From contig JBHLMG010000008.1 in the NCBI GenBank assembly GCA_048938385.1, positions 36,084-100,083 of the forward strand: a stretch of DNA of 64,000 bases, given 5' to 3'. Each line of letters starts with the position of its first letter. The stretch's first letter is position 1. The stretch comes from Promethearchaeota archaeon (GTDB taxonomy: Archaea; Asgardarchaeota; Hermodarchaeia; Hermodarchaeales; Hermodarchaeaceae). Made by a program: the position numbers and the translations under genes. Below are positions 18,379-29,013 of the stretch, in pieces. The notes under the pieces were generated by a model. That model was not told the origin of the DNA. It did not search any database and worked only from the letters and a program-made list of their open reading frames with translations.

Positions 18379-20619
18379 ATGCGTCAAATAACCTTCACCT
18401 TAACTTGCCTTCTCTTCGCCTTAATGCTAGTCCAAGTATCGACGCCTTTCATATATTCTTATGCTATGTCGTCGGAGACCCCCCCTGCAGTGGCTCAAAC
18501 ACCGCTTGCGAATCCTGTGAATCTCAACACGCTAACGATGCTCACCCTCGACTATGATTCGGACAATCGGCAATACAGTCTCATTGTGTCGAGTCCAGGG
18601 CAATACAGCTTCAACATGAGCTTCATCGTCGACTCTGCAGGACCCTGGCCACATGTAGACTTGAATGTATATCTTCGAGAAAACATGGTTCAGTATATTC
18701 CACACCTTCATGGCGACCTTGATGGTATGAATGGCTTCCGGTCTTGGAGCTGGCTCTTCCGAAACACCGGGTATAGTGATAGCGAGTACTATGAGTTTGT
18801 AGCCATCCAACCTGGTCGAATCATCATTGATTTCCAAATGAATGCTCGAACATCCACAGACCAAATCTCTGTGAACTTCACTCTTAGTCAACTCTACACC
18901 TTTGCATCCGTTCCCTCGGTGGATTGGGATCAACCCCCTACACTAGATTTCACTAGCGATAATTCCTGGATGGGAACCCGGTTCGTACTTCCCCAGAACA
19001 ACATGTATAACCTTTCCATGTTTGCTGAGCTAGATTATGCAACGACAGCGGGTTGGGGTGGAAATCCCGTTTTTCAGCCGTTTAACAAACTTACACTGCT
19101 TACCGCTACCTATGGAGAGCGTAACACCATCGATACATACAATCCGGTATTTAGTATTCCAATCGGTGCAGGTTCTGGCTCCGTTAACTGGACCTCTTGG
19201 GATCTTTTCTCGCTTACAACTGACACTTACTATCTCTTTGGGTACATCGATGATTTCGAGTTTCTAAACGGAAGTCAGGTAACAATTCAACTTGACATTA
19301 CACCAGTTGCAGGTTCAACCATTGCACCTGATGAATCCGTACGACTACGCTTCGATAACACCCCTGGCGGAAACAGTGCTTATGTTGGACTTACAGCACC
19401 GATTGGCTCTGATTACGACATATTTTTTGATTCCCATGCTGGAGCTAACTGGACCGTACAAGCCTTTGATCCCTGGGGCGGTTGGGTTCCGATCATGTAT
19501 ACTTACTATGAGGATCCAACATCATACACCATTTCCGAAGACCGCTTTGAACAGGCCTTTTCCTTCATTCAACCTGGAATGATGATTTCGCCCACACCAA
19601 CCTCTGGTGTTCTGGGAGATGCGTACATAGAACTTTATAATTTAGGTGGCTCAGATATCACCTATATCAATGATTCAGCGCAAGCGTTCTCTATGCACCC
19701 TGGGTTACTAAGCCCCTTCGACACTTACTTCATTCGAATTGATGCTTCCACTGCAGGCACTCCAACAACGACTTTCAATATCACGCTTCATCTCCAAGCC
19801 TCTACTATCCCCACTATTGTTCCTGCGGTTCCTGAAGTGTTCGCAGTAAATCAAACTATCGGACCACTTTATCAGCGCTTCCAGCTTCCCATAATTAGTG
19901 GTTACATCTACGAAATCTCAGCCTGGGCTTCCGAGTATACCGCCTCGGGCGGTGTGAGCCTCTTCACTCTTCCTGGCCCAGCTGGGTACGCGGACTGGCA
20001 ATGGGGCAACTACTTTATCCCCCTGTATCATCATACGCCCACCTCTAGCTCACCTTATGATGTATCGGCGATAAATGAGACCGCCACAATGCGGTTTGTT
20101 GCTGTTCGCTCAACGAATCTGTACTTCGGAGCACTTGGCGATGATATGTCAGGACCTCCTTCGGACACGACAGAGGTAACCGTCGAAGTAACCATCACCG
20201 CCCCTCTTCCCTACACCCTTGGTACAGTCGAAACGGCGACTATCAGTGATATGGACTTCAAGACCTATAGCTTCAGCATCATGGCAGGGGCATCGTATCA
20301 GGTGAGCCTCTCCTTAGATTCTGCGGGGAATTACGGTCTCTTGTCTGTCTTCAACAGCTTCGGTCATGTACCCTTCCATGTCACTCTATCTGATCTTTGG
20401 TGCGAAGTCTCCAGTGGTTATCTGAACATGACGCGCACCCTATCAGCTCTAGTTTCAGGTGTTGTGACAATCGTGTTGGTTGCTCAGGGCACCGTTCACT
20501 TCGCGTTCAATGCGGTTGGAGAAGCACCTGGGTCTTTTGCTCTCGGCTTAATCATCGGTTTGATTTTCATGATCATGGCGATTATCATCGTCTATATCGT
20601 CATGCGACGCCGTTATTAG
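18379..20619 (+). CDS. Secreted, C-terminally anchored beta-rich surface glycoprotein
   Basis: Signal peptide, many NxS/T sequons, repeated beta-sandwich-like segments, APGSF then TM then RRRY. Confidence 0.8.
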   Translation: MRQITFTLTCLLFALMLVQVSTPFIYSYAMSSETPPAVAQTPLANPVNLNTLTMLTLDYDSDNRQYSLIVSSPGQYSFNMSFIVDSAGPWPHVDLNVYLRENMVQYIPHLHGDLDGMNGFRSWSWLFRNTGYSDSEYYEFVAIQPGRIIIDFQMNARTSTDQISVNFTLSQLYTFASVPSVDWDQPPTLDFTSDNSWMGTRFVLPQNNMYNLSMFAELDYATTAGWGGNPVFQPFNKLTLLTATYGERNTIDTYNPVFSIPIGAGSGSVNWTSWDLFSLTTDTYYLFGYIDDFEFLNGSQVTIQLDITPVAGSTIAPDESVRLRFDNTPGGNSAYVGLTAPIGSDYDIFFDSHAGANWTVQAFDPWGGWVPIMYTYYEDPTSYTISEDRFEQAFSFIQPGMMISPTPTSGVLGDAYIELYNLGGSDITYINDSAQAFSMHPGLLSPFDTYFIRIDASTAGTPTTTFNITLHLQASTIPTIVPAVPEVFAVNQTIGPLYQRFQLPIISGYIYEISAWASEYTASGGVSLFTLPGPAGYADWQWGNYFIPLYHHTPTSSSPYDVSAINETATMRFVAVRSTNLYFGALGDDMSGPPSDTTEVTVEVTITAPLPYTLGTVETATISDMDFKTYSFSIMAGASYQVSLSLDSAGNYGLLSVFNSFGHVPFHVTLSDLWCEVSSGYLNMTRTLSALVSGVVTIVLVAQGTVHFAFNAVGEAPGSFALGLIIGLIFMIMAIIIVYIVMRRRY

Positions 20620-20629
20620 CATCTGTAAC

Positions 20630-20682
20630 CACCGGACCTAGAGTCCTATGGGAGCCTAGCGTCCGGTGCGCCCCTCTTTTTT
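20630..20682 (+). terminator. GC-rich hairpin followed by a T-tract
   Basis: CACCGGAC (20630-37) / GTCCGGTG (20661-68) with inner CTAG/CTAG pairing, then CCCCTCTTTTTT. Confidence 0.55.
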
Positions 20683-20818
20683 CAGTACTATTGCCTTGAA
20701 TGTTCCTCAGATAAGGGGGTACGGAATTTTATCACATCTTGCTCATTTCAGGTAATCAGTTTAGCTTACCTTTTAGCTAGTTCCTACTTGCTACTAGAAA
20801 ATGTGTCCCGGATCTGAG

Positions 20819-21703
20819 TTAACCACCATGTCGATGGATTTCATCTTCTAATCCTTTAATAGACGCGGTGAGTCGTATTCTTTCGTTTACATACTCCTCA
20901 CCACTAATTTGCCCTTGTTGAATCTTTTTATCTAGTTCTCCCAATTCCCGACTAAGCTTCAGGATTCGTTCTTTTAACTGGTCAACATAATTTACTGTTC
21001 CAAGATTAGCACCCATTTGAGCAGGCGTGTACGAACCCACTATGATTCCATCTTCTATCCGAAGAATTCGCCGACTCGCAGAAGCAACTATGGGGTTATG
21101 TGTGACGAGGATAATGGTTTTGTTGTAATCCTGGTTGATACGCAAAAGATAGTCAACAATAATTCGACTAGTTTCGGAATCTAATTCCCCTGTTGGTTCA
21201 TCTGCCAGTATTATGGGTGGATCGTTCGCTAGCGCTGCAGCAATGGCTACTCGTTGTTGTTGTCCACCGCTTAATTCATCTGGTTTATGGGCTAAACGAT
21301 CAGCTAAATCAACGATGCGAAGTAGTTCTTCTGCTCGTTGTCTACGAGTTGCTCGATTTGTTTCATTAAAAATCATAGGTAATTCCACATTCTCCAAAGC
21401 AGTGAGAGTGGGAATGAGGTTCAAATTTTGGAAAATATGTCCAACTATCCTACGGCGATAATTAACAAGTAGGGACGCAGGAGTAAAACCCAGGGACACA
21501 TCATCGACCATGATTGTTCCTGCATTGGCTCTGTCTAATCCTCCAAGGATGTTAAGGAGAGTTGTTTTTCCGGAACCTGAAGGTCCCATAATTGAGATCA
21601 TCTCTCCTTTGTCAACTTCCAAAGATAGACCTCGTAGTGCTGGAATTTCAATATCACCCATTCGATACACTTTCACAACATCTTTACAAGATATGAATGT
21701 CAT
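20819..21703 (-). CDS. ABC transporter ATP-binding protein (LolD/MacB-like) with a C-terminal coiled-coil extension
   Basis: GPSGSGKT, LSGGQQQR, ILADEPTG, VTHN. Confidence 0.93.
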   Translation of the reverse strand: MTFISCKDVVKVYRMGDIEIPALRGLSLEVDKGEMISIMGPSGSGKTTLLNILGGLDRANAGTIMVDDVSLGFTPASLLVNYRRRIVGHIFQNLNLIPTLTALENVELPMIFNETNRATRRQRAEELLRIVDLADRLAHKPDELSGGQQQRVAIAAALANDPPIILADEPTGELDSETSRIIVDYLLRINQDYNKTIILVTHNPIVASASRRILRIEDGIIVGSYTPAQMGANLGTVNYVDQLKERILKLSRELGELDKKIQQGQISGEEYVNERIRLTASIKGLEDEIHRHGG

Positions 21704-21713
21704 TTTTTCATCC

Positions 21714-24461
21714 CTACCTGAGAACCTCAGCTCCTTTTTGGGCCTTATGAGAAGCTAGTAAAACTGGTATTATTGCAAATACGATGAGCAGGATTATCAA
21801 TGATAAAAACTGCAAAATTAGATTAGGAGAAATAAGGATAGATATTTCCCGTGGGGTAAAAGCGTCTAAAGCTGTTAAATTCGTAACTTGGGCGTAAGAC
21901 GCAACAATTCCTACAAACCCTCCAATTACCAAAGCAAACAGTATCCAAAATACTGTTTCTCCTAGCAGAAGTATTCGGGTCTGTCGCAGGGAGGATCCTC
22001 GGGCTGCCATTAATGCAAGCTCACGCTCCTTTTCTTTCAATGAGGCTGTAATAATTATGATTGTACCAGAGGAAGCAAGTATGAATGAAAAGAAAACTTC
22101 AATTCGTAGGATATTCCCTGGAGCACTAAGTAAAGGATTTTGTGAATACTCGGCAAGTTGGTTCTGAAAGGATTCGATGGTTGATATATTTGGATATGAT
22201 TCAATTTCTGCTACGATTTCATTTACTTGGACTTGTAAGTCAGTTCGAATTAGCAATTGACAAATTGAATCTTCAAGAATTCCAAATTGTTCGAGCAATT
22301 CAAAAGACACTAATGAATAATCGCCACGATGTGAGTCTGTTTCTTGTGTTGAGAATTCAACTGGACCAAAAAACCCCTTGACCTCTAATGGAATTGATTG
22401 AAGCCCTCTCGACACGGTTATTGTGTCTCCTAGCCTCAATGATGTTTGGGCTGCAATTCCCTTTTGAAGGATAATGGAACGATTGTTGGATTTCAACGCT
22501 TCGAAGGCTTCTCTTGAAGACACACCGCTGAACCAATTTTCTTCAAAATAAGCAGTCTGGCTCCATTCGCTTGCATTGATGCCTCTGATGACTCTGTTTC
22601 CCACCATATTAACTACAACAGAGCTCCAATATTCAGTAGTAACAGACTGAACTCCTGGAATATTTTCTATAGTTGGAAGCAATGTTGAAGCATTTGAAGA
22701 GGGAAAAATGGTTACGGCAATATCTGATCCAACATCTGCGTAATTTGTTCGGTAAACATAATCTTGGTTACTAGCAAGGACTGCTAAGGTTTGAAACCCG
22801 TAAGCAATAACTAAAGCCAGAAGAAAGACAATAGCTGCGGTTCGTGCCGGGCTCCGTTTTATACTCCGGGTTGCAATGATGCCGGTGCCACCCATAAACC
22901 GTTGTAAAATTTTTCCAGATGCGTGATAGATGATTTGAGTTCCTTGAATGAGTAATTTACTGATTCCATATAAGAAGAGCAAAAGCGCAATTGGCGACAC
23001 AGCTAGATCAAAAATAAACCATGTCGACAAGAGGATCAGTAATAGTATTGAAGGCATTCCTATCTCTGTAATTATAGCAATAGGAGTAATCCCTGTTACC
23101 CACATTATAATTTTGTATGTACCCAGCATTAAAGCGGTCCATACGATTGCTTTACTGTACTCACTCGGATGCGATGCAGGGCTATATTCTCTTAATGCTT
23201 CAACTGTCGGTATTTTCACCGCATGTTTAGCTGAACTATAAATCGAAAGTGATGCAATTAGAACGGCGAACACTAAGGTCAAAAACATTAGGGGTACAGA
23301 AAAATCTGAAACGGGCTTAAAAATCGTGATTGGTCCTAATATCATAGGAAGAATAACAAAGGCAACTCCAATACCTAAGATCCCTGCAATAACTCCAATT
23401 AACAACGATTCGCTGAGGAAGATTCGCAATATTGTAGAGCGTTTTGCTCCTTTTGTTACTAACAAACCGATTTCTCGTCGTCTTAAATTAAATGTAACAT
23501 CACTCATCGTCACTCCCAAATAAAGTGCGATGAATAAAATGGGTATAGCTGATATGATGAATGTAATCAAATGGTTTAACGAATTTCCTGTAATAAGGTC
23601 AATGTTTTCACGCAAATAGTTGTAAATCGCTATGTTGGGTGAATCCCAAATCTCAGTAATCTCGTTTTCTAGGCTAGTCAATCTAATGAATGATCCCTGA
23701 ACATCCAAGGGGTTGATTACTGCAGATCTATCAAGAATTATCATGATGCTGTGCTCAAAAGCATGAGGGAGTGGGTATCCAAGTGTCAAATGATATGTTT
23801 CCCGAATTTCGGTTGCAAAGGTCAAGTCCCAACTAGTAATGCAGAGGAACCGATTTGGAGTATTTTTCCAACTTTCGGGGTCTTCAACTAAAAAACTAAA
23901 GGCTTGGTCAGTAACAGTGACAAACCCAGCGACTTGTAATGTAAGGTTTCGTGTGTAGGTTGTACCCAGCCCAACGAATACATTAAATGTGACGTTGAAC
24001 TCATCTAAGAGTCTCAAATCCGGGCGCATCGTCGATGAATTCACAATCCAGACTTGATTAAATCCTAGGGTGTTATTTCCAGAAACTACATTGATCCCAT
24101 TGAAGGCTCGCGAATTGTTCTCTATCCCTGAATACACTTCCCATTTTGAAAGCTCACCTCTTGGACCCCAATACTCACGATTTTGAACACGTGTCACAAT
24201 TTCTGTGTGAAGAACTGACGGTAATTGACCTATCTCCCTTTCAAGATACCTTAATTCACCTGGCATCCATCTGTCAATAAACGATCCAACTTCAACATCA
24301 ATGGGGTATCCTTCATAGGCTTTGTCGACCATACTCAGCAGTAATGCATTTGTACCAAACATAATTGTGCTAAATGTTGCTGTGGAAATGAAGACGCCAC
24401 TAAAGAGAATAATAAAGAGCGTTTTACTGCGTGAAACTCTCTTAATGGCGTAGTTAAGCAT
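21714..24461 (-). CDS. FtsX/MacB-like ABC permease (duplicated)
   Basis: RRREIGLLVTKGA and KERELALMAARG motifs; two large extracellular loops. Confidence 0.88.
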   Translation of the reverse strand: MLNYAIKRVSRSKTLFIILFSGVFISTATFSTIMFGTNALLLSMVDKAYEGYPIDVEVGSFIDRWMPGELRYLEREIGQLPSVLHTEIVTRVQNREYWGPRGELSKWEVYSGIENNSRAFNGINVVSGNNTLGFNQVWIVNSSTMRPDLRLLDEFNVTFNVFVGLGTTYTRNLTLQVAGFVTVTDQAFSFLVEDPESWKNTPNRFLCITSWDLTFATEIRETYHLTLGYPLPHAFEHSIMIILDRSAVINPLDVQGSFIRLTSLENEITEIWDSPNIAIYNYLRENIDLITGNSLNHLITFIISAIPILFIALYLGVTMSDVTFNLRRREIGLLVTKGAKRSTILRIFLSESLLIGVIAGILGIGVAFVILPMILGPITIFKPVSDFSVPLMFLTLVFAVLIASLSIYSSAKHAVKIPTVEALREYSPASHPSEYSKAIVWTALMLGTYKIIMWVTGITPIAIITEIGMPSILLLILLSTWFIFDLAVSPIALLLFLYGISKLLIQGTQIIYHASGKILQRFMGGTGIIATRSIKRSPARTAAIVFLLALVIAYGFQTLAVLASNQDYVYRTNYADVGSDIAVTIFPSSNASTLLPTIENIPGVQSVTTEYWSSVVVNMVGNRVIRGINASEWSQTAYFEENWFSGVSSREAFEALKSNNRSIILQKGIAAQTSLRLGDTITVSRGLQSIPLEVKGFFGPVEFSTQETDSHRGDYSLVSFELLEQFGILEDSICQLLIRTDLQVQVNEIVAEIESYPNISTIESFQNQLAEYSQNPLLSAPGNILRIEVFFSFILASSGTIIIITASLKEKERELALMAARGSSLRQTRILLLGETVFWILFALVIGGFVGIVASYAQVTNLTALDAFTPREISILISPNLILQFLSLIILLIVFAIIPVLLASHKAQKGAEVLR

Positions 24462-24561
24462 TTATAGACATCTCTTCTGAATGGTTTGAGAAAATATTTG
24501 AGCGCCTTTCCTCAACGAATATTTATTTAACTGTGATTATATCTGCATTCGAAAAATCGCC

Positions 24562-25011
24562 TTGCAGGTACTTGAAATGTCATCAAAGGATTTAGTTTCT
24601 GAACATGTCAGTGAAATAATTAAAGATTCCACAAAACGCTCGTTTAAGGAACCATTCCTCTTAATCCTTGCAGGTGTTTTTATTCTCGGAGGGAGTGCTT
24701 GGCAGTTATTCAACATCTCTGACTTGGTACAGTTTCTTCCAGAAGAACTTATACCCCTTCTCCTATCCCAGGCCGTCGAGGGATTCTATATTGGTATTCT
24801 TATTGGCGCATTATTATTTCTTAGTAGTGCAGTGATGTATCTAATGAATAAAACCATAGGTGCTGTTGTAGGACTCATCTGTTCTAGCCTTGGTTTCTTT
24901 GTTCCAGGCGCAGGTTTTTTCATTGGTCCTATTTTTGGTCTTATCGCTTGCTTTAATGTTTTAATGGTTAGTAAACCCATTGCGGTTGGAGATCCAAACG
25001 AAGTTCTCTAA
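24562..25011 (+). CDS. Small multi-pass membrane protein
   Basis: Four hydrophobic segments; GAGFFIGPIFGLI. Confidence 0.65.
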   Translation: MQVLEMSSKDLVSEHVSEIIKDSTKRSFKEPFLLILAGVFILGGSAWQLFNISDLVQFLPEELIPLLLSQAVEGFYIGILIGALLFLSSAVMYLMNKTIGAVVGLICSSLGFFVPGAGFFIGPIFGLIACFNVLMVSKPIAVGDPNEVL

Positions 25012-25119
25012 CTAGAAAATAAAATGGATATTCTCACAAAGCCTATTGAATTTAGTTTTTGGCTCAGAAGGGTTTTTCAAAGAATCAGAACTGGTTTTGA
25101 AAAATCCAAATCGATACCC

Positions 25120-26439
25120 CTAAGGGGCTCTAGCGTTGGGTACTTCGATCTTTTTTTCCATGCTCTTGGTTTCATTGTGTATGCGTTGCCGTGTTTCGAT
25201 GTTCCGAAAGAACACGGCGTAAACGAGAGTGGATGCTGTGTAACTGGTCAGGGTGAACCAGAAGGGGAGAAGGTATAATTGGAGATCAAAGAGGGGCCCA
25301 GTGATGAGCGTACTGATAGCCCAGGGGAAGTTCCACGAAAAACTGGAGACGGCGCTCATCGTGGGACGCCACCGTTCAGGGACGAGTTCCATGCGTAAGG
25401 CACTATCTACGGGTCCAGAGGCGTTCATAAGGACAACGCGAAAAATGTAGCTCGCAATTGCGACATACGGGTCGATGATGGTGGCAATAAGGAGAAGGAA
25501 GGGTAGGGAGAAGCTCTGGGTAACCACAACAGTTTTGACCTTACCAATTCGTGTTGAAAGCACTGGCGCTAGAAAGACTCCGACGGCAACGGAGAGGGAG
25601 CCTAATCCTTGGATAATGCCCACTAAATGAGTTGGTAAGTTGTAAAATTCCCAGAAGAAAATATTGAGGTAGGGAATGACGAAACCCGCGCCTAATCCGA
25701 TGAGGAGATTGACAATGCTGAATCGGAGGAGCAGTGGTTTTACTTCTTTTTGCAATACAGGGCGAAGCGTGCTAGTTTTGTCGGATAATTCAATTGTAGT
25801 AAATCTGTCTGTTTCTGAAATTAATAGAAGGGGAACTATGCTGAGTGCTAACGGAATTACATGGATGAACAAGGCGAGTTGAAAGGTTGGAGGGCTATCG
25901 ATGGGTAATTCCAAGGAGATGGCAAAGATGCTGGGAAGATACCCGGCGAAGGTGTTCGAAATGAAAGAACTTAAAATTACTATTGCTTGGGATGTTCCGA
26001 ATAAATGGGTGCGTTCATAAGCAGTACTACTCCGGGCAAGGAACGGTCCCCAGGATACATTGAGCAGAGCAAGGGCTAATCCGCTTACGACGCTTAGTGT
26101 GAGAAGGACCTCTGGCAGGGGGGCTCCAACTTGTAAGAAGCCCACCATGACTGAGATAATCATGGCGCTAATGAGGGCGGGTTTGGTTCCTACTCGGGAG
26201 ACATATGCTCCCATAATTAAGGAGGCGATTGCCATAGAAAAAGCGTTAAGAGACATGAGGCCCCCGAGGAATGTTTTGCTGTATCCTAAACTAATCCAAT
26301 ATAAGTTGAGGAGGGTTTGAGTGATGCCCCAACCGAAAGCGCGTGTGATGTTACTAAGGATGAGTTTTTTTGCGTTAGGGCTAAACTGTCGGATGCGCTG
26401 CCAATAGCCATTGGCTTCTTCTCGGAGAAATGTTGACAC
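25120..26439 (-). CDS. MFS transporter (paralog of 15835-17178)
   Basis: About 12 TM segments; RVGTK and RIGKV loop motifs. Confidence 0.88.
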   Translation of the reverse strand: MSTFLREEANGYWQRIRQFSPNAKKLILSNITRAFGWGITQTLLNLYWISLGYSKTFLGGLMSLNAFSMAIASLIMGAYVSRVGTKPALISAMIISVMVGFLQVGAPLPEVLLTLSVVSGLALALLNVSWGPFLARSSTAYERTHLFGTSQAIVILSSFISNTFAGYLPSIFAISLELPIDSPPTFQLALFIHVIPLALSIVPLLLISETDRFTTIELSDKTSTLRPVLQKEVKPLLLRFSIVNLLIGLGAGFVIPYLNIFFWEFYNLPTHLVGIIQGLGSLSVAVGVFLAPVLSTRIGKVKTVVVTQSFSLPFLLLIATIIDPYVAIASYIFRVVLMNASGPVDSALRMELVPERWRPTMSAVSSFSWNFPWAISTLITGPLFDLQLYLLPFWFTLTSYTASTLVYAVFFRNIETRQRIHNETKSMEKKIEVPNARAP

Positions 26440-26516
26440 TGAAGCCTTCCTCTGTAAGTCTCAGGGGCTATGCTCAAACATTAAAAAGAATTTCCATCAG
26501 TTGCTTGAACATATCT

Positions 26517-27677
26517 CTACAGATCGTATTCTTTGTATACTTCGCGTTGAATTAGAAAACGGAGGATCTCAGCGGTTCCGCCTCCTATGGTCATAAGTCG
26601 TGCATCTCGAAGATATCGTTCCACGGGGCGTTGCTTTGTGTATCCAATTCCTCCAAGTACTTGTAAGGATTCAGTTGCCGTGTCGATGGCTTTTTCGCAG
26701 GCATATAATTTGGCGATTGCTGCATCTTTCGTGGCAGGTTGTCCGGCATCAATCAAACGTGCGGCTTTGTATGTGAGTAGACGGGCTGCTTCAAGCTTCA
26801 TTGCCATGTCAGCGATCTTAAAGCTGATTCCTTCAAATTCTCGAATCTTTCGGCGAAATTGTACTCGCCAGTTACTGTAATGAATGGCCTCTTCCATCGC
26901 TGCTCGTGCAACGCCGTTCATTTCTGCTGCGAGAATCGTTCGTTCCGCATCCAATCCTGCCATGACCACACGAAAACCTCCATTCAATTCACCAAGTATG
27001 TTTGTTTCTGGAACATTGACATTGTCAAGCTTCAGGCGACCCACATGGGCACCATGCATTCCTAAGAGCTCGTATTCTTCGGCAACTTCAAAACCCTTCG
27101 ACTTGGTTTCAACGATAAAAGCTGTCATTCCTTGTTTCGCCTTTACTGTAGGATCTGTAATTGTATAACAGAGGATGTAATCGGCAATTGGACCATTCGT
27201 GATGAACCGTTTCTCCCCATTTATCACATAGTGATCGCCTTGTTTTTTGGCTCGGGTTTCTGTTCCAGCTACATCGCTTCCGACATTTGGTTCAGTGATA
27301 CCTAGTGCACCTATCTTTTCTCCGCGAGCTACTGGCTTGAGATATTTTTTCTTCTGTTCCTCGGTTCCAAATTCGAAAACGGGGTGGGCAAAAAGAATAC
27401 AAGAAGCTACACGGGCCATGTCTAGACCAGCGTTGACAGCACAAATTTCTTCAGTAACTAATACTTCATACATGAGGCCTTTTCCGATACCACCATACTC
27501 AGGAGGGTAACGAGAACCCAAATAACCGGCTTTTCCGAATTTCCGGATAATATCCCAGGCTTCTCTTTTACCGGTTTCAATGTCGTCTGAATACGGTGCA
27601 AGATTTCGCTGAACAAAATCCCTTGTCTCTTCTTGAAATTTAACTTCCTCTTCGGTGAGCATAGTCATTTTTGTCAT
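26517..27677 (-). CDS. Acyl-CoA dehydrogenase
   Basis: GITEPNVGSD, INGEKRFITNG, RVQFRRKI, QVLGGIGY, RDARLMTIGGGTAEI. Confidence 0.95.
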   Translation of the reverse strand: MTKMTMLTEEEVKFQEETRDFVQRNLAPYSDDIETGKREAWDIIRKFGKAGYLGSRYPPEYGGIGKGLMYEVLVTEEICAVNAGLDMARVASCILFAHPVFEFGTEEQKKKYLKPVARGEKIGALGITEPNVGSDVAGTETRAKKQGDHYVINGEKRFITNGPIADYILCYTITDPTVKAKQGMTAFIVETKSKGFEVAEEYELLGMHGAHVGRLKLDNVNVPETNILGELNGGFRVVMAGLDAERTILAAEMNGVARAAMEEAIHYSNWRVQFRRKIREFEGISFKIADMAMKLEAARLLTYKAARLIDAGQPATKDAAIAKLYACEKAIDTATESLQVLGGIGYTKQRPVERYLRDARLMTIGGGTAEILRFLIQREVYKEYDL

Positions 27678-27777
27678 TTGAAAAACACCTTCACTCGCTT
27701 ACAGACTCAAACGAATTTCAAGGAACCAAGATGCTTAAAGAGCTTCGCAACCCGCAAAAAATGTAACTAAAATGCTT

Positions 27778-28206
27778 CTAGCGTTTTGATTTGTGTAGGG
27801 CGGTTACTGCTTGTTCGCGTGTTCTGCGTTTAATTTCCTCAATCCTTTCAATAGCAGGAAGGATCGTGTCCACTAATTCGCTTTTTGCTTGGATTCCTTC
27901 ATGAGTCAAGAAGGCAACAGCTTCGCTTCGACTTTTAAAAATCTCTAGAGCTATCAAGGCATCCACAATACGCAGGTCACTATCCCAAAGGCGAGTCATG
28001 ACAATGTTATCACGAGGTTTGGCTTCTGGGAGATCTCCTTTCATGAAGAGCTGTTTTAAATCTTCCATTAGTTCTTGCTTCAATACTACTGGGTTATCTG
28101 ATTCTTCAATTAAAGCGTTGGTCGCAATGGCTTTCTTTTTTGCTTTCGGTTTGGTTGGAGGTGCCATAGTGAATCCCTGTTTTCTAGTGTGATTCAAGCA
28201 TTGCAT
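27778..28206 (-). CDS. Ribbon-helix-helix-like DNA-binding protein (probable start 28167)
   Basis: NIVMTRL....L..VDALI....FKSRSEAV..L...GI fits a CopG/RHH pattern. Confidence 0.6.
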   Translation of the reverse strand: MQCLNHTRKQGFTMAPPTKPKAKKKAIATNALIEESDNPVVLKQELMEDLKQLFMKGDLPEAKPRDNIVMTRLWDSDLRIVDALIALEIFKSRSEAVAFLTHEGIQAKSELVDTILPAIERIEEIKRRTREQAVTALHKSKR

Positions 28207-28355
28207 TTTAGCGTTACGCCCTTCACTCTTATGGCGTTACACTATTGCAAATTGCTGTTTCCAGGGTAATAAGGGCGGCAGGCTTATATACGAGAATAGG
28301 TTTTTGCTACTCAACCTTAACACTGTTAAGCCTAATGAGAAGGTGATATAACAGA

Positions 28356-28619
28356 ATGCCAGTATCCGAGAACCCAATCAGCGACACAGAAATTCACCAC
28401 CGCATCGATGCACGTGGCCTCTATTGTCCTATACCTGTGTATAAAACGCGACAAGCTGTCCTCGAGGCCAAACCAGGTCAGGTTGTCGAGATATTAGCAG
28501 ACGATCCAGCCGCTGAAGAAGATATCAAACGATGGGCTAAACGAACAGGTAATACTGTTCTAAGTTTTGAAGAATGTGACGATTACATACGGTTTCTCAT
28601 TAAAAAGACAGAAAGGTGA
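28356..28619 (+). CDS. tusA: TusA family sulfur carrier
   Basis: IDARGLYCPIP, ILADDPAAEEDI..W....G. Confidence 0.92.
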   Translation: MPVSENPISDTEIHHRIDARGLYCPIPVYKTRQAVLEAKPGQVVEILADDPAAEEDIKRWAKRTGNTVLSFEECDDYIRFLIKKTER

Positions 28620-28987
28620 AAGCTATGCCACAAAAAATTCTCTATGTAGTTGTGAGCGGTACCGATACTCCTGAACGATTATATGCGCCCTTTGTCTTAG
28701 CTACTACTGCGAAGAACATGGGTATTGACGCAACCATCTATTTTGTTGTTAAAGGAGTAACTGTCATGAAGAAAGGTGAAGCCGAGAAGATCAAGCTAGG
28801 CGGTTTTCCTCCATTAAAGGATGTCATTGACCAGGCTATCGAAGCTGGTGTTGAATTAATGGCTTGCGACCAAAGCACGCAAGTTCTTGGTTTAGACCGA
28901 GGTGGCTATGTCGATTCCTGCGGCGTTGTTGGGGCTGCAACCCTGAATGATTTAGCCCTTGAAGCTGATGCAATTTTAACTTTTTGA
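28616..28987 (+). CDS. DsrE/DsrF-like sulfur relay protein
   Basis: APFVLATTA..MG, GVELMACDQS, VGAAT; GTGA overlap with tusA. Confidence 0.85.
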   Translation: MKAMPQKILYVVVSGTDTPERLYAPFVLATTAKNMGIDATIYFVVKGVTVMKKGEAEKIKLGGFPPLKDVIDQAIEAGVELMACDQSTQVLGLDRGGYVDSCGVVGAATLNDLALEADAILTF

Positions 28988-29013
28988 GGAGCGTTTGAGA
29001 GGGAGATAAAGGT

